DNA of 47,778 nt, the filler included, from Catajapyx aquilonaris (taxonomy: Eukaryota), in assembly GCA_000934665.2 (NCBI GenBank). It is 2 parts of 2 records of this genome, joined end to end, with 100 filler letters (N's around TTAATTAATTAA, not from the genome) between each part and the next. Parts side by side here need not be neighbours in the genome. Positions count along the whole stretch, not along the records: positions 23,852 to 47,778 come from JYFJ02005631.1; 1 more part is not named here. One strand, 5' to 3'. Positions within the stretch are counted from its first letter, which is position 1, and every line of letters starts with the position of its first letter. Position numbers and translations under genes: made by a program. The notes below the pieces were generated by a model. That model ran no database searches. It saw only the letters and a program-made list of their open reading frames with translations, and was not told the origin of the DNA. Positions 36,501 through 47,778 of the stretch are shown here, in pieces.

Positions 36501-39500
36501 ATCAATTTTGCAAGGTCTGCTCGTCCTCCAAAGCCATGGGACTGGGCTTGTCTACCATTGTTAGAAAACTGTCGCTATCACCCTCCCAAAAAAAATATGT
36601 TTCGGACACTTAACACACTCGTTGGCATCATGTCGATTCTAATACATTTTTGAACTGCCCAATTTTGATTCTGCCCGACTTATCCTTCAGATAAGCAAAT
36701 TGCCATTGGCCAGTAAAACTCCAATAAAGAACCTTTTGAATATTTGATCGCTGGACCGTACGTTTGGCCCTCCCCACTACTATTATTCCTTCTGTGTAAA
36801 TAGTACTCACTCCCACGCTGCCTCCTCTTTTTTTATCATTCAAGCACACGGTCGTCAAGTCTTTCCGCTCTTTTTAACGGCACGATTTGTCGCGCACATG
36901 TCGTGATAATTACACAGATAAGCCAACAGAATTTTCGCCAAAAAAAAAGGTGTGGCTGGTTGCAAATTTTTTTTTTGTGTGTGTAAAAATTTGTGTCTTG
37001 TCCCGTCAGAGATATCGATGCTGATATTGTCATATGACAAAGTGCACCGTAATTGGCAAGTGCAAGTCTCTGTCGTATCGAATCGCTCAAATTGTTAGGC
37101 TTTTCCATATTCCCAAGAGATGGACCAATCATGTTTCCTACGCTACAACCTTGAACTACTAACTTTCTGAATTAAAAATCGTAGAATAACACCATCGATT
37201 TCCCCCCGCAGTTTAATAATTTAACCCCCATCCTCTATTTTTTCTACATGGTTACTTCTGCCATTTGGGCTGGTTAATCTTAACACCTGGTTAATTATTC
37301 CTCTAGTTATTTTTTCCTACCTGGAAAGGAGTCGACCAGGCCAGCCAGCAGAGCCAGCAGCAATATCCTCCACCACACTCCCATCATTTGAGAAACCTTC
37401 TCCTTAAAAAAGTTTCACATCACGTCACTAACCGGCCAGATTGTTTCGTGCACATCGACCATAAAACTGTCGGTTTATTTCGAGATTCTTCCCGCCCATT
37501 GCCACTCACAACACGTGTACTTTGAAAGTACAGAGCTACGTCGATCAGCAACCGTCGAGATGGCCCGACGGCCGGCCACTGATCACTGGGAGGGGGGGCC
37601 ACCCTCCGTCGGCAGCATCCGTGTGTATGTGTGTCAGACTCACCCCCCTCCAACCTCTCTTGGGTAAGAAGATGCGCAGAGAGACGCTGCGCCAACAGGC
37701 AGCAGCACAACACGGGGTGTAAGGAGGAGGGTTCAGCCTCCTGTTTTTTTTCGGAGGCAGGACCCGACGTCGACGACGCAGGTGCGACGGAGGATGGCCC
37801 TGCCAGGAGGAGGAGAAGAGGACCACACTGTCAAACCGGACTGGGAATAGAGCACGTGCTATTCATGTGGTACACTCTACGACACTTCCATCAAAATGAA
37901 GCTACAACTACTAGAAACAACTCCCATAGGTATCATCCTGGTATTATGATGTCGCGGTCCGATTTTTTTACAAAATTTTTGCAAGTGTAATCCTCTCTCG
38001 ATGGTTAAGTGCTTAAAATTTTTTTAGGGGGGAGGGGGGCTCGTCTCTCTTTTTCGGACACACACTCGCTGCGTCATCGCCACCGTGACAGGATTATTTA
38101 TGCATATCCGCTGACAACAGCTGGCCTAACCCCCTTGGGTATATGCTGCGTACTACAGTATAAAACCGGCTGTTTCAAAAATACCTGCAAGTTTTATTCC
38201 CACGCGAATAAGATTTTTTTTTGTTTAAAATCCTCGCAAAAATTGCAAACGAGGCGACCTAACTTTAAACGCAACTCCTCCGTATTACTAGGCTAACAGT
38301 AACAAGAGCATTGTTTATTTTTTAAAATATTATAGTTACCCCATTCTGGAGCAGTGCTCCTTTAGTGGCAACAGGAGCATTGTTGAATTATTAATATGCG
38401 TGCCTTTCGGTGCGCTGTTTACGCAGCTTAATTTTGCACGCTGTGTCATCAGGTTAAGGCAAAGAGGCTGCCAGGTAAAGTACCCACTTATATGTAATCA
38501 TGTGTACACATGTTAGGTCCTATAGTGGCTAGACGCTTAGTATAATAAATTAATATTATTTAAAAAAATTTGTGGTCGTAATGAAGTGCGCTCTCTTTAA
38601 TGGCTTTTTATTCGACCGATTTTACCTCTCGTTTTTTTTACAACCGGCCAACGTTTTACGTGCAACAATAGGTGTTCCGGGGAGTGCCTAATATTTCCTC
38701 AATTCTAAAAAGGTCTCGGGCGATTTAAACATTTTGAGGGGGGGCCTGAACACACAAAAAAAAAGCTCCCGGTTCTGGCGGGTCAGGAAGGTTTGGTTGT
38801 AATTGATTCAGGGAGATTACAACTGACAATCATGATCCCTATTCGGTTGCGTGGGTTTAACCCCATGTCCAGCCTCTCTCTCTGGCCTAACTCTCCTCTA
38901 GTCTCTTTTTCTCCCCATTTTTTTGTGTGTGCTGAGTTCCAATTCGCAATCGGGAATGAATTAGGGCCTGGTGAGTTATCAAGCAGCCAATGATGACGTT
39001 TCAGGAGATAAATTTTCCTCCGCTGCATAACATGATTCTGGCAGAAAAACGAGGGAAAAAAAGAGACAGTCAATCAATCCGACTTCTTCTTCCCCCATCA
39101 ACAGTCCCTTGAACAGTCCTATACTCAACAAACAAATTTTTTTTGTTGAGAAGTGGAGGAAGAGAAATGACCAATTATTTAATCAACACTGCAATAAACC
39201 ACAAGAAAATGATGCGGAAGAGTCTGTTACATACATCGTGACTTGCTCTAATGAGACTATAAGGACATGAATGAACCTGTTTAAAAATATTCATACTGGG
39301 TTCAACATGGGTTAATTTTGGATTCTATACTTAGAGCGGGACATGCATGTCCAACTGAAATAATAAATTAGCACAGTGCTATTTTTTTTAACATTATGGT
39401 TTAGGTTCTTTCACTAACGAGTGGAACAAAACAATTTTTTTTTGCAAACTAATGAGTGCTTTGCGGCTAGTTTGGGGAAAAAAGTGAAAAATTGCAATAT

Positions 39501-42500
39501 GCAAACCCTTTTAACTTTGGAAATCAATATTATGGGGGGGAAATTATCATATTGTTTGAAACAACCTCCAGACAAAAATAGGCCTATGATGGAGTATCCC
39601 GAACGAAACAACTCTGCTAAATACATGCATAAACGATGAGATAACAGCTCTTTACCAGGCTAATTCAAATTGCAAAAAAAACACAAACGCATTTTTTTTG
39701 TCTTAAAGAAAAATAGCAGAAAATGAAGCAAATTCGTACGTCAGTGAGCAGCAAAAAGGACTGTATGAAGCGCTCCCCATCCCTTTCGTTTATTCCAAGT
39801 GAAGTGTAGCAGAAGTATCTTTCCAGCACACACAAAAAGGGAAAGAGGTTTTCTACCTCTCTTTTTTTAAATATATATAGAGGCCTATATTTTAACTTCT
39901 CCTACCCACCCTTTCGAAATATTCTAGCTGAAGCAACCTTGGAGGAAGTTGAGAATAGAGAAGCAGAGTGGAAACTATTGGCATCATTTGAGGAAAAATC
40001 CTTTGACAAAATATTTTGCCTATTGCAAAGTACATATGTGCCTTGATCACATTTTTTGGGGGGCAAAACGTCCTCGTGTATATGCAGTGTGAGGTGCATT
40101 AAATGAAATGCCAAACTGCAGTACAAAGAGTGTGCAGTGTGGTAAGCCACATCCGCAGAAACCATCTCAAAAGTACGGTGCAACTAATCCCTCTTTTTTT
40201 TGTACAGGGCGAAACCTCAGCTGGCGAAAAACACACCGACAAAATATCGAGCTATATAATATGCAAACCGCGACTGGATTTGCACAAGTAAAGGCCAACC
40301 TTTTGTGCGGATTAGTGCAAAAAAAAAGCTAGTGACTTCGGTCGTACACGATGTGGCCAAAGTTTGCTTGAAATACAACAATACATCGTGATCGTTTGTG
40401 CAAATATGTGGGACCTATCCGTCTGAAAATTGCACAAATATTTGCTAAAAACGACCGAAATTAATTGATGCGTTTACCCTTTGAAGCAAATATTCGGGAA
40501 ATCTTTGGTTGTAACGGTTTCAATTACAAGCCCTTAGACCTGCAACATGCCTTGCATAATTAAATATCGGCTGACCAATTTGCCTCAATGGATGGTGTAT
40601 TACCTGGTTAACAACCATGATTTAATTATATAAATGCATTTGTTGGTTCGTTCATGTCAGAGGGACCCATCATCTCTCTATTTTTGCGGGCCTCCTTGTG
40701 TCTCGCAGACCACTTATAAATTCCAAAACACTGCAGGCCTGCAAATGACCCATTATCTATGCATTAGCGTATCCGGGTGTAATTTACGTACTACTCGGCG
40801 GATCAATAATGTTATTGCACAAAAATTAACGAGGATTAAAAGGGACGGCCTCCATGTTCACGAGGTGGTTTTTCAATTGGGCACATATTAGCCGGCGTTG
40901 CCACAGATTCCTCAGAGAACCACTTGTGGTGCCTAAGGGCCATAATCCTCACAATCATACCACTGTGTATATTATGTGTAGCGATATATAGTTAGCTTTG
41001 GACTGTTGAGAAACTTTCAAAAATAATTCAGCTGTCGTGACCACCGAGGTACGTTCACTAGGCTGAAAAATAATATATGGATGTATTGCACAAGAGCCTT
41101 CGGGCCCTTTTCAGACCTCGATTTCATTAGGAAAAGTAACAATATTTGAAAAATCAGAGTGTGGCCGAAACTGTACAGTACCGAACATAACATGGCCTCG
41201 GGGGGTTGGGGGGGTGGGGGGAACCTCATCCATTTTAAAACAACAATGGTAGCAGGCGTCTGCATCGAAGTGTTGCCTTATCAAATATTTTTTCTACAAC
41301 AGACAACACATCGCTGTTTTGTATAGTTAGATGCACACGTATAATACAAGGTGGTGCAAAAGGCCAACTTTTCAAAAACTGGCCGTTAAGCAATTGCAAC
41401 TGGCTTAAACTCTAGTTATATGCGCCTGATCGGTTCGTCTGTGGCGTAGGGGGTGAGATGTGACGGGCATGGCGTCCCATAGGCAGACAGGTTCCCATGG
41501 GTGCCATGCGGTGCCAGGAACGCAACCATGCGCGAAATGGAGGCACACCGCCATCGGAGGCGCAGCGGCGGATCCCTCTGGTGGTGGCGTGGGGTCTCCA
41601 GCTCCCCAGACGGAGGAAGAGGGTTTGTAAGGGCCCCCTGTAGAGTTTGCCTCCCCTTCAGTGCAGTGAAATGAATAGTCAGAAGAGAGAGAGAGTGCAG
41701 AGGAGGAGGAGGAGGAAAGTTGAGTAATGGAGTGAGAGTCGGTCCCCAACACCCCTCAGCAACACGGGGGCCTCTGCCTTTAATGCACCTTTGCCCATCT
41801 CAGATAATGTAATATGCCTGCCCCAGCGGTCTCTCTCGGGCGTCGGTGGCGTCGCCGGCGTCGCTGCAGCGTGTGTGTGTCGAAGTTTGATGCCGCTCCT
41901 GGGAGTCCAGTAAAAATGGGAGGCAAAAGCGCAAGCACTGCAGCGTGCAAAAGCACACACACACACAATATCCGCATGCAACAACTGCAGGAGTGCAATG
42001 TACCCAAATCGATTTGCATTTTTAAAGCAGGGAAATGTTACGATCAAAAAGAAATCATTAGCACATATTTTGTGGTCCATCCTCCCCCAGCCCTCACATG
42101 CCTAAGGATGCAATTGACATCTCTCACAATACCCCTAACATCCCAGCTCATAATACAGCGAAACGTGCTTCACTCTGGCGACATGCCCATCCCAGGCTTA
42201 CAAAACCACAGTTCATACCGGTCTAACACATGTTATTCCTCAATATTCCTGTTGAAATCCTGGGTAAAAAAATGGGGCATACAGATAATGGGGGGTAGGG
42301 TTGGAATTATGGTCCGGGGGTTAGATGCATCATCATTTTGTGGGCTGGACCGTATTGGTCGCAGGTTATTAGCCTAAGCTGCATGTCCTATCAGTGAGTG
42401 GGGCCGGGTGGAGGGGGGTGGAAAATGAAATATTGCCAATGGAAATAGCACCATGCAAGTGCGGATTTTGGACTCGGGGTAGTAGAGGGAAGGGGGGGGG

Positions 42501-45067
42501 AGGGCAAGTTAGTCCAAATCTCTCAGATAAATTCCACCAAAAGCCGCTCATTAGTGGATCAACAGCCGGGAATATACTGCGGCCAAAAGGTTTCCCCTTC
42601 CCATCCCTACACCCACCCACCTACCACCCCATGTCAAGCGGCTCAAATGAAACTAGGTTGCATGAATTAAAGAGCATTTGAAAGCCAGAATTTTAGCTCG
42701 GGGGTATTACCGGCAGAGGCTCTCCATTAGACGTGGGAAAAACGGATGAAATCTGAAACTCTCGCTTAAGCCACTTCCACCACCCGGATCCAGGGGGAAA
42801 AAAAGAGCTGTACACGCACTCAAAAGTCATTAAATCTGAGCGTTATTTGATAAACTCCAATTAACATGTAAGCGACAAGTTTTTTTTCTCCCCCCACTTT
42901 AACACTCCGTGAAGGGACAGCACATCACAATTTCAAACCCAGATTATTATTTTTTTGTCGCCATCTTTCCGGGACACAAAAGGAGTTTTCAAGGCATGGC
43001 TCGGGTCAGCTGGAAAAAAGAATCAAAAAAAGACTGAACTGAGAGATTTTTTTCTTTCCTCCTTCAGTTCCAAGCATTGAAGGTAAAGATCCGGTGACAC
43101 AGAAGTTATGACTCGAATGAAGCGTGTCCCGAAAGTCATCATCAGACCTGCTCACTCTTTCTTCCTTTTCTTTTCATCGTCGATGCCCGGCCATTCTCTC
43201 GTCTGTTCGAGTCCAGTTCCATCCTCATCGGAAACGTATTATTGGCGCGCAGCTGTCAATAGGAAAGGTCCGGAACGTTGGCTCCTGCAGTTTATTGTTC
43301 GATTCTTCTCCCCAAAAAAGAGAGGGGGGGGGGCACAATTCTCCAAAGCTAAAGACGACCGAACGAGGTCAGTCAGTAGACTGCAGTAGATCAAATCTAC
43401 AGCAGGTTGCTGGAGTGAACAAACCAGTGATGTTGCTTATTAGTTAGTGCCAATTTTCGCGAAACTTTTCCATCATCTGTCTGATGCTTTGGAAAAATCC
43501 GCTGTGATACGAAAAGCGGATTCCAGGTTTCTTTTTGGAAAAATTTTCTCTCTTTTTTTGGGGAGAGGAGAATAACATTATATGCGGAGTTTCTTTTGTG
43601 CTTTTTTTTAAAAAGGAGAAGGAAAATGCTGTAAAATTTTCGACAAAGAAAATGCTAGGCGGCAGACTCGTAAGCTTCTTTTCTGTAGTCTAATGTCGCG
43701 AATTTATAGCGTTAAAAAATAACTAGCATTATATGTTTTTCCGGACAGTTCGGGGTAATTTTTTGGAGTGAAAGACACCTTGAGAGGCTCGGATGCAAAA
43801 CACCTTTTTTTATTGCATTTAATTACAAATGTGCTCTTGATTAGTAATTTTAAAATCATCCAGGGTGTGAATGAAAGAGGTTGACGACCTAATATGGTAG
43901 TTTAAATGTCATCGAAATTAAACACAAAAATCTCAAATTATTTGCGCCATTGAGTCAACAATGTGGATCGTAAGATTCGTAAATAATTAACAAGGGGCTG
44001 AAATGTTCATTAGTTCATTTCCGATATTCATCCGGATAATAATTCCTCTATTTTCAAGCTTTCTCCATCTCGGTAACTCTCTCCCATTTTGCTCTAGATT
44101 CAGGCACTCAATTAGCTCTGCTTTTGATTGGCATTAAGTCGAGTATCTTTTTCCCCCTTTATTTCCCTCTCCTTTCCAACTATACCCACCCTTAAAACCT
44201 TATACTCTTCCCAAATGAAGGCCCGGGCCCCTCTTCTCTTTCCTTTTTGGGGTTGAGCAATTTCGGCATTCTCTGCGGTCTTGCAAAGTGCTTTATCTCC
44301 AAGCCTTGCCATCAGATTAGATAACCGCAACTTGAGTCGGCTCTATTCAAAAAAAGGTGCATTATACTCTAGTAATCACAGAATAATTGGCTTCTGCGAC
44401 TCTGTCTTAGGTGCATGTAGTGCTGGACATTAATCGTGTCGTACTTGTGGCGCCACCAGTACTGTACCCTTCGCACGACCCTGAGAGTGGCAGTAGTGTG
44501 CCACCTATGTGAGCGGATATGGTACTACTTTTTGTGTGTGTATAGGTTTTTATATGTTCAAGTTGGGCTTCAGGGGAGGTGTGTTTGGGCCTGTTTGTCA
44601 CTTGCTTTAATTTCCTGCTGGGCTGGAATCAGTTGGCAGCCCTCCCCCCTTCTCATTTCTGGCGAGTCCATCCGGTTGCTGGGAGCCATCAATAAAACCC
44701 CCTGTAAATGCCACGCGACCTTCATTATCACTCTGGAATTTAACCTCCTCCCCCACACCCCCAGCACACTCCATAGAGCTGTGCAACTCCTTCTCAGATA
44801 GACACACAGTCGATGTGGTGGACCCCAAAGGAATTTGTAGCAAATTGACTAGATCAGTTTACGAGCTTGACTGGAAGATAAGTGCGGGCTAATCCTTCCC
44901 TCCCCCTGGTACTGAGAGGTGAAGGTACAATCCCCCCCCCCTCCCACCCAACCCGATAATGGGAATTACGCAATCTGCAAATCCCCCACCGGATAACAAC
45001 ATGCATTGCGCTAACTAGGGCACTGATAAGTGGATATCAGAATAGCTGCCAATTTACGCCCTGAAAG

Positions 45068-45124
45068 ACACAAGTTGGAACCTCAAATTAACAGAATCTG
45101 TTAATTTGAGGTTCCAACTTGTGT
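45068..45124. repeat. Perfect palindrome, 28-bp arms with 1-nt spacer
   Basis: acacaagttggaacctcaaattaacaga-a-tctgttaatttgaggttccaacttgtgt. Confidence 0.92.
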
Positions 45125-46340
45125 TGTTAGTTTTAACGCTGTTATAATCTGATTATAACCTTAAAACTAACATCTAGCTGTTATCGTTAACACTTGTAAC
45201 ATTTTAACACTGGACACTTATTAGCTACGAATTCATCACTGTTGTTAGCTGTTAGTTGAAACACTGTTATTAGACCCCTAATAATAATAGTAGTGTTAAG
45301 ACTAACAGCGAACAACAGTGTTAAAATTAGTAGCTAATAAGTCGGGTGCTAAAATGTTAAAATGTTCAGTGTTAACACTAACAGATGTTAGTTTCAAGTT
45401 ATTAGATGTTGGTTTTACCATTTTATAAGTTGTTAGTTATAACGCTTATAAGTTGTTAGTTATAACAGTTATAAGTTGTTAGTTATAACAGTTATCAGTT
45501 TAGCTATAACAGTTATACGTTGTTAGTTATAACAGTTAGAAGTTGTTAGTTATAACAGTTAGAAGTTGTTAGTTATAACTGTTACAAGTTGTTAGCCATA
45601 ACAGTTATAGCAGTTATTAGTCGTCAGTTATAACAGTTATTATCTCTTAATTTTAACACTTTGCTTAATATCCACCAATTTGGGGAGACGGAGTGGCGCC
45701 GCGGTAACGCGCGCGCCCACGGAAGTTAAGGTCCCGGGTTCAATCCCCACCCGGGGTTCCCACCTTCTTTCGTGCAGAGTTGGGCCATCTCTGGCTTCGT
45801 TTCGGGTGGCAATTTCCGGCAGACTAAGCCACCCGGGGGAGTTCACAAAATGACGATTAGAGACATTGCACTTGCACTTTGCACATCCCCTCCCACCCAC
45901 CCTTGGAGCATACTAATTAAGATTCTTCTTAAACTCGCTCCAAAAACAATTCCAAAGGTGGCAACCCACCCCCCCTAAGGAGTAGTATAACTCCCCCCGT
46001 GGGGTAATGAAAAAAAAAAATCTACCAATTTTAACATTGTTGTTAGCTGTTAGTTGTAACTTAGACCTAATAATAGTGTTAAAATTAGCATCTAATAACA
46101 GTGTTGAGACTAACAGCATGCTACTGATAGTGCTAAAATTAGTAGGTAATGAGTCGAGTGTTAAATTAACAGCTAATGTAACTGTTATAACTAACAACTC
46201 ATAACAGATATAACAACTAATAAATGATAAACCTAAGAGGTAATGACAGTTTAAAATTAACAGAAATGACAGTGGCAAAATTAACACAAATAACTGGTGA
46301 AATTAACAGTCAATAACTGTGTTAACATTAGTGGCTAATA
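45125..46340. mobile_element. AT-rich foldback-like composite repeat (interrupted by a SINE)
   Basis: ~100-bp inverted arms at ~45155-45255 and ~45300-45400. 23-bp tandem ttataagttgttagttataacag (about 8-9 copies, 45423-45640). A related direct copy of the arm region lies at ~46030-46200. Confidence 0.6.
45682..46020 (+). mobile_element. Second family of tRNA-derived SINE, full-length with poly-A tail
   Basis: A-box-like TGGCGCCGCGG 45694-45704, B box GGTTCAATCCC 45737-45747, A-tail. 11-bp TSD tccaccaattt (45671-45681) / tctaccaattt (46021-46031) with one mismatch. Confidence 0.85.
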
Positions 46341-46860
46341 ACTGTCGGAATTAGCAGCTATGCAGCTGCTAATATAATGGATGTTCTGATAGCTAAACTA
46401 TACGAGTGTAGAGCCAAATTCAAACGAGAATCGTCAGAAAATGGCGGCCTGAAACACACCTGAGCTTTGATCATTTCCTCCGGATAGGCACACATTTATG
46501 GCCTTCCAACTTTTTTTCTCTTTTTTTTGGAGGGAGGAGGAGAGGGAGGAGGGGGCTTATGGAGAGCAATCATTGAAATGGGAATCGACAGCCGTTTTAC
46601 ACGCCATTTGGACAATTTGGGACGAGAGTGCTGCTGCCGGGCCACCCCCTCTTTTTGCGCGCCAATTTTTTTTCCTCCCCCTCCCTTGGCGAGCAGAGTG
46701 TTATTTCGAGGGAGGGAGTAGGGGGAGAGGGCTTCAATAGTTTGCTATCGGTTGGGAAAATTAAGCCAGGAAATTATCGGGCCCCGCACATATTGTGAGG
46801 GGCGCCATGTTGGAGAGGACTCGGACAAACTTATGCGCTTTGCCTATTTCCATGTATGAA

Positions 46861-47031
46861 CAGTCCTGAAGCTCAAAATAGCCTCCAAGAGAGGCGCTAC
46901 TGCCTTTACCTGACCTAGTACGCACCCACATTCGCGCAGGTCCATTGTGCTGCGCGAATGTGGATGCGCACTCGGTCGGGAGGAAAAGAGAGGAGCGTCT
47001 CTCTTGGAGGCTATTTTGATCTTCAGGACTG
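46861..47031. mobile_element. 171-bp fully palindromic MITE-like hairpin
   Basis: cagtcctgaagctcaaaatagcctccaagagaggcgct pairs with agcgtctctcttggaggctattttgatcttcaggactg. Inner stem cacattcgcgcag / ctgcgcgaatgtg. No TSD found. Confidence 0.75.
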
Positions 47032-47778
47032 CTACTGTTCTTAGCAAAAGTATAGCAGAGGGAGGAAAGTCCTATGCGATATGATTATGATCGATTCATT
47101 TCAAGGATGGCTGTTATTTGTCTGTGAACATCCGTCGTAAATTAAAGGCATAAACGCGACTATGCATTGAGAAGAGATGTCCTCGCATAAAGGATGATTG
47201 ATCTAAGACAAAACGACGTCCTCTCTTCTCTTTTTTTAGAGTTTGCGAGCCTCCCCGAATTGGAGGGAGGGCGTATCTTCCCCCCTCCCTTCCCCCCTCT
47301 TTCCGTTTAAATCAATCGTTTTTAATGCATCCCTTCGACTTTTCTTCCGATTACGCCGGGGAATAGTCGATAGATGGCAATCGCGTCTCCGTTTTCCAAA
47401 GACTGTATGAGGGGGGGGAGGGATTGGAACTGGAGCAGGCCTTTTAAAGATGGGGGAGAGAGTCCCCCTCCTTCCCCCACCACCTTCCCCCCAAGATCTT
47501 GAATAGAGAGACGAGAACGGCAGCAGTGATTGCCCCCCCCCCCTCAAAAAAGAGAGAAAAAATTGAATAGGGCCCCGTAGGCACGGCAACGGACCTTCAT
47601 CGAAAGGAAGCTGCCGAAATGGAGTGGAGGGAGAGGGAGGAGGGAGGGAAAAGGACTATTCTTATTTGCATAAACCGAAATACCCCATCCGGTATATGCA
47701 ATACTGCAGCACAGTTCGCTTCCTTGATTAGTTTCAAGTTTGCAGCACACCAAGTCCTTACTATATGGATAATGCTCG

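Noticed and set aside
41405..42377. Longer ORFs of 115-187 aa
   Set aside because: Low-complexity or microsatellite-derived composition, non-ATG or weak starts, and no domain motifs.

Overview
Eukaryotic (metazoan, probably invertebrate/arthropod-like) genomic DNA. The only recognisable host gene is the 3' part of an intron-containing ornithine decarboxylase (three exons, 2466-3822, + strand). Its 5' exons, including the PLP-binding Lys69 region, were not found and probably lie upstream of the window. Bases ~1-23.7 kb are dense with mobile DNA: tRNA-headed SINEs (several with clear target-site duplications), Tc1/mariner-type MITEs, nested inverted-repeat elements, a Helentron/HINE-like element, decayed pogo (DDE+PHD) and Tigger transposases, and an RTE-clade LINE fragment split by a hairpin element with an 8-bp TSD. 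An artificial 100-bp spacer (44 N + TTAATTAATTAA + 44 N, 23752-23851) joins two contigs, so adjacency across it is unproven. The ~24 kb after the spacer has no recognisable coding sequence. It looks CpG-rich and enhancer-like, and it carries a TTAGG higher-order array, two ~60-bp CCAAT-box tandem arrays (one made of tandem hairpins, one with an internal inversion), perfect palindromes, a foldback-like AT-rich element and a second SINE family. Most short ORFs in the supplied track appear spurious. No complete novel multi-gene system can be demonstrated; the best leads are the structured repeat arrays and unusual non-autonomous elements.
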